Numbered from the whole stretch's first letter, positions 1-13,779 are shown. The stretch: 62,905 bases of DNA, filler included, from Intoshia linei (GCA_001642005.1; 8 parts of 8 records of this genome joined end to end with filler, not necessarily neighbours in it); one strand, 5' to 3'. The notes: generated by a model from the letters alone, not told the origin. Program-made: numbers and translations.

Positions 1-329
1 TGAAAAGTTTGAAGCAATATGCAAATATCAACGAGGCAATATCTGTGGTGACAATCGAGAAGATGGCTCGCCATTTATGGTACCTGTCGGAGGAGCTGGT
101 AGGTCTTTCACTCTTTGATGATGAGGTCATGGCAAGCGTTAAAGACCGGATGGCAAATAACATATTACATACCATGGCTGAAGAGGTTCCGACAAAGAAA
201 GTTACGGTTTCGTTGGAAAACATTAATAGTATGACACTATCAACATTTGCTAATTCGAACACGAAGTTGCTGTTAAAAAAACTTAAGATTTCAGATAACT
301 TTCTTACTATCTACTACTACTACCTATAA
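1..329 (+). pseudogene. C-terminal fragment of a DNA-transposon transposase (probably hAT/hATm-like)
   Basis: Motif RHLWYLSEELVGLSLFDD is typical of invertebrate hAT-type transposases; GC is higher than flanks; the frame runs out into AT-rich DNA. Confidence 0.55.
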
Positions 330-352
330 TTATATAAAGTAATTTTGAATAA

Positions 353-1591
353 TCCTTCCTTACTTATACATATAATATGCTACGAAAAATTTGTTATATC
401 TAATAATTTAAATATCTTCAGAGCCAAAACCCAAATGACCCTTCTTTTTATAATGAAAACAGCCCTATAATTTCAAAAATTTATAATACAAAATAAGTGA
501 CGCCTTCACGGTCAAAAAAGCATTTTAGTATGCATATATTTTTTTTCGAAATATTTTATTAACACAAAAAATGTGAGATAATTAACGTTCTGAAAATTAA
601 AAAAAAAAATTATTCTGATAAAGCTTATTCCAGTTGATATAAAATACAAAAGTTCAACCCGAGAAATCTACGCATTTCTGATAAAAAATAATTTTTAATA
701 TATTATTAACCAATATTTTTCAAATATTTCGATTAAAATAAAAATGAAAATGCAATCATTGATCCTACAATTTCAAAAAAAAATGTACATTGAACGTCTA
801 CACATTTTCAATAAAGAAATATGGGTGAAAATCTATATAATTCATTCCTTCGCAATTTTTAAATTTCAAATTGTCATTTTCAAAAAATTTTTTGTATAAA
901 ATTTAAATTATAACACTGCAGCAACTAATTTATAAAAGTCATACAACTTTGTTAATATTATTTTTATATTTATTACAATTTTTTGCAATATTGGTAAAAT
1001 TTGACTAAAATATGTTTATAAAGTGAAGACTCGGTTAATTATTGATACATAATTGGTATTTTTAAGTATTATTTGAAATTTTTACTATTTATGACAATTT
1101 TTATTTATTTATTTTTAATATTGTACAATGTACACACATTCTGTCTAATAAATTAAAAAAATGGGATAACAATTGTTTTTAAAATTCTTTACGCAAATGT
1201 TAACAAAAAAAATTACGATGGAATAATTCACTTCAAAGTAAAAAGTAATGATATGACGGTTCCACCTAAAACAAGTTTGGGAACCACTCCTTTAAAGGAT
1301 TGATAATAGTGAATAGTAGGATTTTTAAGTTAGATTTTCAACGTGAATTTATTTTTTAAGTATAATAAAAATGTGCTCTCGGCAGAGCTAGGTCCTGTTT
1401 GTACGTAGTATGTAAATTTATTTTTTGGTAGTATAAAAATGTTCCCTCGGTAGAACTAGGCTACGGGGATTGATAATAGTGAATAGTAGAATTTTTAAGT
1501 TAGATTTTCAACGTGAATTTTTTGATATAATAAAAATTGTTATCGGCAGAGCTAGGTGCTGTCTGTACGTAGTACATAACAGTCAAACTAG
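353..1591 (+). mobile_element. Non-autonomous Helitron, both ends intact, internally deleted
   Basis: A|TCCTT 5' end; 3' hairpin ctgtctgtac-gta-gtacataacag followed by CTAG|T; the 3' segment is tandemly duplicated (~1297-1465 and ~1467-1591); homologous to 31839-33439. Confidence 0.8.
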
Positions 1592-2685
1592 TAATGTATA
1601 TATAATTTTAAAAACCATGTTTTAGGTCAGAATTGGAAAACGTGCCACCTTGGAACAGTAAATGCTTCCCAACCTTTGTTCTAGACTTATTTTTTTACAT
1701 GAATGTAGAATTCTAAATACATTTTAATGAAAATATTTGTTTGTTGACATAATCTTTAAGCTGAGATATAAAGAAATGACAAATACCAATGATAAAAAAC
1801 TTAATAACAAATTTCCGTGTTTACTGGTTCACTTAAAAAATAACATTTTTTGACAATATTTTGTATTGTAACAGTATTGGTATTGACGAACTTATCAAAT
1901 AGATACAAAATAATAAAAATAGGTTTTAAAAAAAAATAAATGAAAAAACAATAAGTCATCAAACCTTAATTACAATAATAATAGACGTTAATCGAATATA
2001 TCCACCCAATAGTATTAAAGATTTTTCAGACTCAAGGAGAATCGATTATAATTTCTAAAATATAAATTTAATTCTGTAATATAAAATTTTAACTAATAGA
2101 TGTTGCATAATTATGACACACTAATTTATCCACCAATTTGAAATTTTCAAACTTATTTATGTAAAAAATATATATCTGTCTGCGTAAGAAAGATTGAAAT
2201 TTGAATAAAATTTAACTATAAATAACAGGTTCCAAAATATATAAACAACAAAACGAAAGATTAGATAATAGTTCGTATTAAATAGTGGAATGTTTAGTAT
2301 AAATAAAGCTTGTAAACACATAGGTAAAATTTCAATATTGATCAATGAAAAATTAAAACTACGTTTTGTTATTTATATACGAAATATTGACAAATTGTAA
2401 TAGTACTATGTAATGCAAACTTGTAAAATTTAACTATTGCGTGTTTACTTAAATAAGGAATTGAATTTCATAATGCATCTTACAAAACTAAATAATTTCA
2501 AAATTAAGAAAATTCGAAGAAACACGGTAATTTAATTTTAATATTGGAAAATTAGGCATAAACAAAACAGGCCAAAATCTGGCATCCAGACGATATTGTT
2601 GTCAAGTAATTAAAATTTTGGACAGATCATGGGGAAAATTATATTACATAATCGATCAAAATTGGATTTTGATAAAATTTACTTT

Positions 2686-5600
2686 TTAATTTTGACAAAT
2701 AATTTCTTTTAAAGCCATTGTGGCATATGATGATGTAAGCAAGTTGAATGAAAAGAGTAATCCTAGTTTTGATGAATCACCTACGATTATGGGTTCCTCA
2801 CTATCAAACATATTTTGAATAACAGTACAGGTATCATCTGCATATTTAATCTCTTTCCAAGTAAAATTTGTTGCGCGAGCTAGTACTTTTCGGTAATTTC
2901 CATTTAAGGCGTATTCTCTAGTTTTTTTAATGTAAAATATTAATTTTTAAAAAATACACCATGTCAGATTTAAAATTGTTCAATGTGATTAGATCTTTCT
3001 TCAAAATGTTTATAATGTCCATTTTGCTTTCATTTTCAGGAAATTTAATATCCCACCCTACCAAAGGCAACACCAAATCAAATAAAGTGTATTTTTCCAT
3101 ATTTTCCTTTGTAACATGTAAAATTTGTCCATTATCTAAATTGTTGATACAGCAAGTTTCAGTTTTTCAAAAATTTTAAAAACCAAAGATAATAATATAC
3201 AATGGTACATATGGGATGGTAAATAACATGATCTCATATTTTATGTTTTCTAGGCAAACAATTAATATCAATAAATTTAAACACGTAGTTTTCAGTACAA
3301 TAAACTTGACTTTAAATTTACAAAGTAAATTAAAAATAAATAAATTTATAAAAATGTTTCTTATTATCCCCAAGTTTCTTGTAAAATCGCACTAAATATA
3401 CCTTCTACCAAATCTCCAAGTATAATTTTCAAATTTCTATGTATTCTCAAACTGACTGCACTATTCCACACAAAGCTTTGATACGCATGAAGGTAAAGTT
3501 GTCTTGTTGTTCTTGGTATCTTAAATTTAAATTAACATTTTATAAATTTAGTCAATGAATTTAATTTATATTTTGACTCATATCAACAATTTTTGAATTT
3601 ACATAATTTAAACTCAAATTTTAAGAATGTATTCCATGAGATTTTAACCCAATCAACGTTTTCAGGCTGGAATATAAATCCCCTAAAAAAGGTTTAATAA
3701 TTGAATTATCTCAGTAACTATTTTTTAGATAAAATAATTGCACATTGTTGTAATATGTAAATCTATTACATAATATAATTTTCATGAAATAACATCTATA
3801 CGGATATAGTTTCTGCACTTCCAAAATTATATCACACCCCATCATTGCCAACTTAAAAATCATACTTTAGGAAATGTGTATTTGGACAATTTAACTATTT
3901 TTATTTTTTGTCTTAATTTTATTAATCCTTGATAACTAACCCGCTAAATAAACTGTTTTAAAATTAACAAAAATTACAAAATTAATTGCTCCAATTTTAT
4001 CTGTTTTAGGCCTTTTGGTCAAACCCACTGCTAAATCGTATTCTAAACCTTTTGATCTTTTCAATATATTTACAATTTTTTGAGAGTCTTTAGAATCTTT
4101 CCAAATATTGCTAATTGGTTCACCTACATTATAAAATGCATTTACAATCTTAAATAATTACAGGGTATTTTTAATCTTTCAGATAAATGGTCGCGTGACG
4201 TGAAAATAGCACTAATAGCACTATCCCAATCTTGTTTTAAAAAGTATCTAGGAAATATAAATATTATATAAAGTACAGTAGTCTACAAAATAATTTTGGC
4301 GACCCTTTTAGTAAATTATTTATTTTTCAAGTTTAAAACACCGTTTTAAACATTTTCTACTATAATTGGCTCAATTTAATACTGACTTTTCAGATCGCTC
4401 CGGATTTTGTTTTTTATTTAATTTTTTTACTATAAATTTCTCTTCAGTTAAAATTGAAATCTATCATTTTCTGTAAATTTTAAAAAACGGGACTGATATA
4501 ATTTTTTGATATAAAAAAGTGGCCTCGAGATGCAAAAGGTTGCCGACCTCTGGTCTAAACAAATTGGAGGATAGTTTAGATTTTAGAAATTTTTTTTAAA
4601 TCTTTAATGACCTGCTAAAATAGATCCCTAAAAAAATTTCGTCATCGATATGAATGCATAGCCCTAGCCACTTCTACAAGACTCTTGACTTGAAATTTAA
4701 CATACAAAATATAGGATATTCAAGAATGTAATTTTTTTAAAGCTTAATTTGGAAAAATAATTCTCCAGAGAGGTACGGTACTTATTATGTCACTAAAATA
4801 AGTTTTTGATATGCATATCTGCCTATTCTAGACCATACCTTTTCTAAGAACGTAAATGTTATATAATTTTCCTTTTTTAAAATGAAATTTTCAAAAAAAC
4901 ATGATGATTTATGACGTTCATATCCGCTTATTTCTTTTAAACATTAATTTTTTTGGTTCCTATTATTTTTTCAGGGTTTAGACAAATTTTTTGTAAAATG
5001 GGATATTATTTTCCCAAATTGACCACTAAAAAATTATATTCTGGAAAATCAAAATTAATTATGTATGATTAATAAATATCTTCAGTATTTTGTGTGTTCA
5101 ATTTAAAATGTCAAGTGAAGCGCCTGGTAGAGGTGGCTATGGCTATATGACACCAGGAATCGTTTACGAAATTTTTTTTTAGTTATATTTTTCGTTTTCG
5201 GTGACCTCGAACTTGGTAGGTTTGGCTGTCTGTCAGCCACAGATAAAAAATTATTAAATTTTAGTTTCATTTTTCTATCTCTGATTTTTAAACTAATAAA
5301 CTGTTAATACGTTTTTCACTCTAACGTCAGTTCCTCTGATTTGTAAATTTTGGTAATCATTATTTTTATTTGTTATTTTTACTCATTTTAAACTGAGTAA
5401 AATAATTTTTTCACTTAAAATTCATTAGGAGATTGCTTTAATTCGACTACTACTGAATTTATTTTTTTAACTCTTTCAGAGTCGAATTAATTATATACGA
5501 CTTAAAAAATATATTAAGCTTATAAATATGTGTCACCATATTTTTTAATTTCTCATAATATTAGTTTTTTGTAGCTAATTAGAATTATATACATTTAAGA

Positions 5601-8600
5601 CTATTTGAGATTGATTTCTAAAACAAAGTTAAAATATTTATAGTATCACAACAATTTTGCATTTCAAGTTGCTTGAATTTAAGCGTTATATTAAAATATA
5701 AATAATTGACCTTTTCATAAATAAAAATATAATATAATTATACGACTGTATGATGTAATATTTATATTTAAATAAATATTTGTTTTAGCTTGGTTTGATA
5801 CAATTTATAAATGACATAAAAATTATAATAATAAAATTTTAATGATTAAGTGCTAATATTGTTTTAATATAAATTACATTAATATAAAATAAATAAAACA
5901 ATAGTAATATCATGCGTGATAGTTTACAGAGTAACTCATAACATGAAATTAATATAAAATAGGAGATTATAAGTTTAGTATTATAAATATATTTATTTAC
6001 AATAAATAATATCAATATAATGTAGTTATATAAATATAGTAACATGGTTCTACAAAATAATTTGCTATGCATTGATATTGAATGAATTAGTCATTAGCGT
6101 AAATTACTATGAAATCCCATTTTCAATAAGCCACAAATGTTGATATATTGTATTTATTTTGAGTAAACGAGAAAATAAGAGCTATTATTTTAAAATTGGT
6201 TCTACTTCAATAGATTCTGTAATAAAGAATTATATTCAAGTTAATTCAGCAAATTTATTTAAATTTTAACTGGCTAACAAAGACCTATATTGTAAAATTC
6301 ATAAATTTTAAAAATTAATCAAGAATATATTAATTTGACATGTAGAAAATATTTATTGCTTTGAAATTGGATAATTTGTAATATATTTAATTCATTCAGA
6401 ATCTGAATATCAGATACTACGTAGTGAGAAAAATGAAAATGTTTACCATTTGATCCTTTTTCCTAGCAGATATTCTAATAAGAGCTTATTCGATTCGAAT
6501 CAAAAAATTTGGTGACTGGTTAATGAAATAAGAATTTAGATTTTAATTATTTTATTTTCTAATAATATTTCACTGGCGCGCATAGATTTTGACAGACTAA
6601 CCGATTGAGAAACCCTGTAATATTCAGTACTAATTAAAAAACAAAGAATGTTTAACTTTCGAGATTTAAAATTGGAGCCTGAGGTTTAAATGGTTATTTT
6701 TTAGTTGTTTTATTATTAAAATCTTTTTTACAATTTTTTTAGCCCAATATAAAAATAAATCTGACAAATTTTTTTTGACGTATGAAATGATTACAGCCGC
6801 TATAGTACAATATCCCTTGAAAAAATGTTGTAAATATGTAAACTTTTAGTTTAAACTTATTCATAAAATGCTATAAATTAAATTAAAGTTCCATGTAATT
6901 TTTATATATCATGTATCCGATGGGACTACGATAAAAATTTTAAGTTTTTCAATTTCTTAATTTAAGAAAATTTCGATTAAATTCTATTAAAAATGTGTTG
7001 TAAATTTTTTGATACTGACGTTAAAACTTGAGTTTGTGACAATTTAGCTAGTACTGTGTATCTCGAAAATTTTTAATTAAAATTAAATTTAATGGTCAGT
7101 CTTTTTCAGTCCATATATCAACAATCTGAATGACTTAATTAGAATACTCCAGTAGTTGATACAAGTTGTAAGGATCCATAAAACGATTAATTCGCTAATT
7201 GTGTTGATTATCTGATAATTTTTTAAATATCAAATATCTTCAAAAACACAGAATTTTCCTTATAAAAAAACCAAGTAACACATTTTAAAAACACATAAAC
7301 TATCTAAAAAAACGGTTTTAAGAGATTAAGCTGGAACATTATAAACTAAAACCGAAATAACATTTTAAAATTGACGAAAGTGTTGGTCTTTGGAAAAAAT
7401 TAGTAGTGAACATTAGGGTTTCGCATTTTTTGGAAAATATGGAAATTTCTTTGGAGTATAGTGTAGGTTTGGTGTATTCATGAAATATTAATATAATCAT
7501 TGTATTTATTTTAAAAACTAATGCCTATTTGAGTTGTGCACACTAATGTGTTCAACTTTTGTAAAAAGTACTGCATTTTTTTTTTTACTTTTAACTCTTT
7601 CAAGATAATATCAATCCTAACTTATATAAAAGGATACGCGATTTTTGTTTGTGTGTGTGACTGTGTTACGCTTTATTTAAATAATTACCAGTCTTATAAT
7701 TTTTTACAGACCACATTTCAATTACCGTTTTTTCCGGGCGTATATGAAGATAAATTTCAACCTCTCAATTTCACATCTTAAGGGTCAAAAACCCCAGTTA
7801 TCCCTCTTTTTAAAAATCAAGCAAGTTGGATAATTTAAAAAAATATATACGCTGATACGGATTTTAAAATCATAAACATTACCATAAATTTAAATGCTGA
7901 TGCGGATTTTAAAATCATAAACATTATCATAAATTTAAATTTAAAAAAATACACTGATGCGGATTTTAAAATCATAAACATTATCATAAATTTAAATTTA
8001 AAAAAATTATATTTTCAGGGCCAAAACCACAAATTACCCTTCTTTTTTAATGAAAACAGCCCTAGAATGTAAACAAATTTACAGATGGTACAGTTGTATC
8101 CTGTTAACACACATAAAAAATTTCAATCCAAATAAGTGAAGTACAGTTGTATCCTGTTAACACACATAAAAAATTTCAATCCGAATAAGTGACGACCTTC
8201 ACGGTAAAAAAAGCATTTAATTCATATATTTTTTATTCCAAAATATTTTATTAAAACAAAAAATGTGAAATAATTATCGGTCCAAAAATTAAAAAAAAGA
8301 TTATTCTGATAGAGCTTATTCCAGTGGATATAAATATAAAATTTCAACTCGAGAAATCGACTCATTCCCGATGAAAAATAATTTTCAATATATTATCAAC
8401 CAATATTTTTCAAATATTTCGATTAAAATAAAAATTGAAAATGTAAGTATTGATCCTACAATTTCAAAAAAAATGTGCATTGTACGTCTACATATTTCCA
8501 ATAAAGACATGGGTGAAAATCTATAATTCATTCCTTCGCAATTTTTAAATTTCAAATTTTCATTTTCAAAACATAAACACATTCAAATTTAAACAAGAAA

Positions 8601-10708
8601 CTACAACAAACGAAACTAAAAAAACTTTGTTAATATCATTTTTATATTACAATTCGGGTTACAATCTTGTAAAATATAAAATTTATAAACCTGTGGGTAG
8701 TTAATTATTTAAGTAAACAATTTAAAAATTATTGGCTTTGTTTTTTCTTCTTTAATTTAGCCTTAACACATTAAAGTACCTATAAATCATACATGAGTGC
8801 AAAAATATCATGTGGTGTAATAAATAATAATTCCATGCTTGTTTTAAATTTTACAACAAATTAAAATGAAATTTTGCAGTTTGCCAAATAGTTAAAATTA
8901 CAACTTTTTTTTGTAACTCACATTAATTTTGTCAATAAATTTAAAAATAAATCCAAATTTAGTTTATTTGGTGTTAAATATAAAGCAAAAACTACTTATC
9001 ATCATTGATGACATAAAAATTTTCGGCTTAAAATGTATTCCAAATAAACTTAAAGTGATAGAACGTATTTTTCTGGCCACATTAAAGTTTAAATTATGAT
9101 AAATTTTGTTTCTAGGTAACATAAAATACGTATTTTATACGTTTTTTTGAAAAACACGAGAAAAACCTTTAGCTTTTTCATAAATGTTTTATATTTCATT
9201 TTTCCTTTGGGTTCATAAAAAATATATTTTGAAATGGGGTCCGTACACTATTTGAATCGGGAATTACTGCTTTGATATAAATGACTTATTATATTTAATC
9301 CAGTTTTACCAACCCTAAAAGGAAAAATACACGTTTAACCTTATTTAATGTAAAAAGTGAATATTGTATGCATTGTATGGGTTACTGTGAATTTATATAA
9401 TTATATAAACTATTTCATAAAAGATGAAAAATATTCCATTTTAAAAAATAGTAATTTTTCAAGTTTGTAATGAAAATTAAACGAAAATCCAAAGAACAAT
9501 TTAATTACTTTTCTACAATTTTATGAATTTTCTATAATCTACAGTTAGAGATTTTTCCCTTAAGGGTTGGTAAATTTTGACTTTTAGTAAAAATGGTTGG
9601 ATTTAAGAATATTCTCCTTTTAAATTATACATTCCAACTTGATGTGTCGGTATATTAGAAGTTCCAAATCGTTGGGTGCCGAAATAATTGATGAATCCAT
9701 CATTTTCAAAGCTGTTTAATCTTTTCTCAAAATTGAAATTTTTATGTAATTGGACGTTTCTAGAAAGAGTTTTAATTGATAAAGCGTATTTTAATTTTTT
9801 ACCTGACAAAAATTTGAAAACGATTCCCCTTCAAATCTCCCAATTGAATAGACGTATTAGAATAACTAAAATGTTTTCAAAGTTGGGTATTTATACCTAT
9901 AATCTCCTAATTTTATAAAACTTAGTGGTGTTATATTATAGATTTGTTGTATTGTTTTTCTAAAAATAGAATTTGGTTTATAAAGTAATTACTGCATAAC
10001 AATGGGAATATTTAAATAATATTTATAACCCTTTAATTGATATTTTTTGACTAGTTACAGCTCTTTTATCTTTATTTCCTGCGGCATGAATCATGTTTTT
10101 ATTAATTCTAAGTATATGAAAATTAGGGATTCGTATAATTAAAGAGTAAAACTTGAGTTTAAAGGCTAATTTTGAAATTGCCGTACTAGTATCATTGTTC
10201 ATTTTTAGCATGGTGCATAACACAAATTTTCCAACAGTTTCCTTTCTTTGTCTGTCAGCATCTGCTCATTATAAAATGATTTTAAAAGGAATTATACTGT
10301 TTTTATTTTTGTACACAACAATCTGCTGGCACTGACTATCACTTTCAAATTTTGAAACAAGTTTTTCGTTAAATTTGTTTCTGATATATCTGTGAATGGT
10401 GCGTCTTTCTTCTTTAGTGCAGCCTTGCTTTAATTCTATGGTTGTGGAGCTAGTTTTGATATCAATTTTGTCAATTTCGCTTTTAATTTCGTCATCAAAA
10501 TTTAAATCCACAATTTCTGGAATAATTTCTATGTTCATATTTTCCAATTTAACTACTCTTCCGTTTAAATCAATTTCGTTTACTACAAAATCACTACATC
10601 TAAAAATTATCTAATCTTTAATTAGAATAACCTAGTTTTTATATCTCCTGTACCAATAACATCTCCCAATTTTGATGAGATACCTAGTTCAGAATATTTG
10701 TGTCGCAT
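2686..10708 (-). CDS. PUS7: Pseudouridine synthase 7 (TruD family), multi-exon
   Basis: Spliced exons give MRHKYSELG..KTRCSDFVVNEI, AGNKDKRAVTSQ (catalytic Asp), LGDLKGNRF, GFINYFGTQRFG, IPRTTRQLYLHAYQSFVWN, FDLVLPLVGWDIKFP, LNGNYRKV and SSYATMALKEI..stop at 2686. GT-AG introns include 10600-10631 and 10265-10297, plus a ~5.4 kb intron (~4250-9630). Confidence 0.93.
4600..5225. mobile_element. Foldback/MITE-like element with long imperfect inverted arms
   Basis: Left arm (aaaaaaatttcgtc...gccctagccacttctacaag...cttgacttgaaatttaacatacaaaat) is roughly the reverse complement of 5085-5200; related copies at ~51930-52170 and ~53585-53830. Confidence 0.55.
7615..8650 (+). mobile_element. Non-autonomous Helitron copy (3'-truncated) in PUS7 intron
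   Basis: A|TCCTAACTTATATAA 5' end; internal tandem triplication (~7847-8010) and duplication (~8088-8190). Confidence 0.75.
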
Positions 10709-11666
10709 TTTGTATATATTATCACTCTATATATAAGATTGTCGAAATTTTAAAGATTATATAATTTTTAAAGAGGTTAAAATTTTTATTGTGGACATTT
10801 TTAACACGATTACAAAGACACGTAAATACAAGCAAAAGTAATTTTTTATAATCGATATTTTAATTTTAAATTTGATAATTTAATGTTTTGTACAAATTTC
10901 ATTATCATTAATTTCAACGATTTACGCTTTATAAGATTTTAACTTAATTTATCTGCTTGACAGACTTGCCATCAATGTTTTGGTTAAAATTTTATATCAA
11001 AACTTGTCAAACTTTATCGAATAAATTTACAAGTACAATTATAAATTGTGTAACTGTATTTATGACTATTGGCATGTATTTTTGAAAATTTAAAAGTATA
11101 GTCGAGGCAGGTGCAAGATTTGTCGGAAAAACTACTTGAATCAATTGATTACGCCATAGTGTTCAGATTTTGCAGAACAACATGACTAAATGTAGCAATG
11201 TTTTGTTTAACTGAGTGCACGAGCTAGTACAATAGTGCAAATATTAGTGTTATCGTTGTAGTTACCAGTCTCAAATAAAAAGCTGCAGCGCTGATAAAAT
11301 TCTCATTTGCAAAACTGAACATTTCACTACGTAATAATTTTAAATGCGATTGTGAACTAATTATAAAAAATAAAAATGAAGGTAACGAGTTTGTTGTAAA
11401 CAGATAATGATTTGATTTGTAAACTTTACGGGACAATTGAGTAATTTTTGATAGAAATTTGGTTCGGAATAAGTTTTATTCGTTTTCTGGGTTCAGCCAA
11501 GACTTTTCCAAATTTAGTACGTATTTTTGATCCATTACAACGTATCGAACGTTGTGTACATTCTATAGTTATGGTAACACTAAGGTTTTAATTTAATTAT
11601 CATAAATTTACAATGAAATTAATTTTGCATATTTTTGTAAATGTTTTTAATGCAAATTTTTAGATT

Positions 11667-13413
11667 ATGAGCAACACGAACGTGTCTATTTCTTCTATAA
11701 AATATTCACCAGAAAACGATATTGATTACGACAAGAGTGTCGAAAGCTCGTCATCCGACACATCCTCTTCCCCTATCCAACTGAACAGTTTTAACCAAAT
11801 TCCTACACCACTTTCATCACATGTCCCAATACCTTTAAACCACGAAAACAATCTAAACTTTAGCAAACCATCTTGTTCCACCCCATTTGGCGAATATAGC
11901 TCTGACGATGCAAAAAAATGTGACAAAATTATTGATCAAATCAACCAAAATGATTATAAACCTGATATAAATACTAATGTCTTTTTGACTGGTAATTTTA
12001 AATGTAGATTAATTTAATGTGTATTTTTTAGATGAATTCAATTGGTCTGGATTAATTGGTTATGAACTTAGTTTTTTCAGATTTAAAGAGGGAGCATTTG
12101 AACTTGAAGCAGTCGGAAATTTTTTTTTAAAGTACATTTTTTCTCGTAAAAAATTGATTCCTACTGTTAGAATATACCAAAAACTGAGAATTTTTGTTCA
12201 AAGCGTAGTGTACTTGACATACAAAAAGATTTTAAAATATTGGAATCGGGATTTTCCTAAAAGAGGATGTGGTTCCCGTTCAATTCACTGGGAACGTGGC
12301 TATTACGATAATAGATTGATCCATGCGGCACAAATTGCCAATTTACCCTTCAAATACATATTGAATTTTATTCCGGCGACTGGCACCATCCATATTGATC
12401 CAGATTATGTTCAAATTATTGACCCTAAGAATGACGCTAAAACTATTTACGATGGATTTAAAATGCACAATTTTGAGGTTTCTGCTCCAACAAATTTTAG
12501 AGATATTAAATGCTGTCATTTTGACGATAACATTATTGACGTACCATTGGAAGTTGACGAGTCTAATTCTTGTAAGCAATTACTTGTTGACACAAAATGT
12601 CCTTCGAGAGAGGAGTATTCATATTACAAAGATTGTATTACATTTCGTATGAGATTTGTTATATGGCGTACTAAAGTCAAGTTACTTTGGATGAAATATA
12701 AATACAAAACTGATTATACGCTAAGTCAACTTAGTCAAGGTATTAACCACCTCAAAGTCGACAACAAACAAGAAATTGAGCACCTATCCAACTATCATCA
12801 ATTGATAATGTCTCAAAATGAATTACAGGGTTGCTTTCTCAATGAAATTATTCAAAATTATGAAAAAGTTGTTCAAATCAAAAATCAAACAATAGACCCT
12901 ATTGTAAATATTGGATCGACTAACCTAAACCAGCGCAATGTGCCCACCGTTGATAATTCAATCATTAACCAAGCTGATCATAAAATGTTTTTCAACGCCA
13001 TGAGCGTACCTGAAAACAATTATGATTATCACATTAATGACGAAATGGCGAACCAATGTTTAAATGAAAGATATTATATGGAAGGAAACCAATGTATTCC
13101 AAACCCTGTACACATAAATTCAAAATTGGATAATGAAGCACCATCTAATGGCCAAGCCGTTTATGATGGTGCTGTGAATAATTCTTTACACTTTTATCAA
13201 TATCCACCTAATGATCACTACTATATTCCAAGTCAGAGTTACTATCAATACTGTGACCCACAAATGCAACCTGTTAAGGGCAGGTGCATAAAATACTCTG
13301 AAGCTATTAAAATTCAACCCAATGAACAAAAGGTAAGCATTACACGATCGTGTGCACAAAGCGACACTGAAGATGAGTCACCAGCGAACAAATCAGTAAT
13401 TGTTGTATCATGA
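11667..13413 (+). CDS. Divergent BTG/Tob-domain protein, ~568 aa, 2 coding exons (11667-11991, 12032-13413)
   Basis: A 40-nt GT-AG intron (11992-12031) joins the two ORFs in frame. The segment ELEAVGNFF..YWNRDFPKRGCGSRSI..DNRLIHAA..LPFKYILNFIPATGTIHIDPDYV..KTIY matches BTG box A (W.P..P.KGSGYRCI) and box B (LP.ELT+W+DP.EV). Confidence 0.7.
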
Positions 13414-13779
13414 AATATAATTCTTTATAACCAGTATCATCTACTCATTGTTTATTTAATATGTTACATAATGAAAGTTACACATCATTGTATTTTATTT
13501 CTTACAATGTATATATTATGTTTCTTTAATAAATTTTCTTCTAATTTTCCACTGGTTGAACAATATTTGACGCCAAATGCTGCCTATTATAAATTGAATT
13601 AATTTATCATCTAATAATTTCTATACATTTCTTCGAATTCTTTTTTAATGCGAATTTACATTACCTTTGTATATCAGTTTCAAAAATTAATCTTCGCCAT
13701 TCAAAATTACTCATTACTCGTGTATAAATTTATTATTAGGAATAAAGGGATGTTCGTGGGTACTTGAAACAATTTTCAT

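Noticed and set aside
2157-2345. Hydrophobic 62-aa ORF downstream of PUS7
   Set aside because: Composition is typical of random AT-rich DNA; no motif and no convincing continuation.
7847-8190. Regularly spaced direct repeats resembling a CRISPR array
   Set aside because: These are contiguous tandem duplications inside a Helitron, with no unique spacers or cas genes, in a eukaryotic context.
8385-8582. Short ORFs recurring in repeat copies (also 7536-7781, 21298-21495, 32692-32892, 62406-62834)
   Set aside because: They lie inside non-coding Helitron copies and the frames are not conserved between copies.
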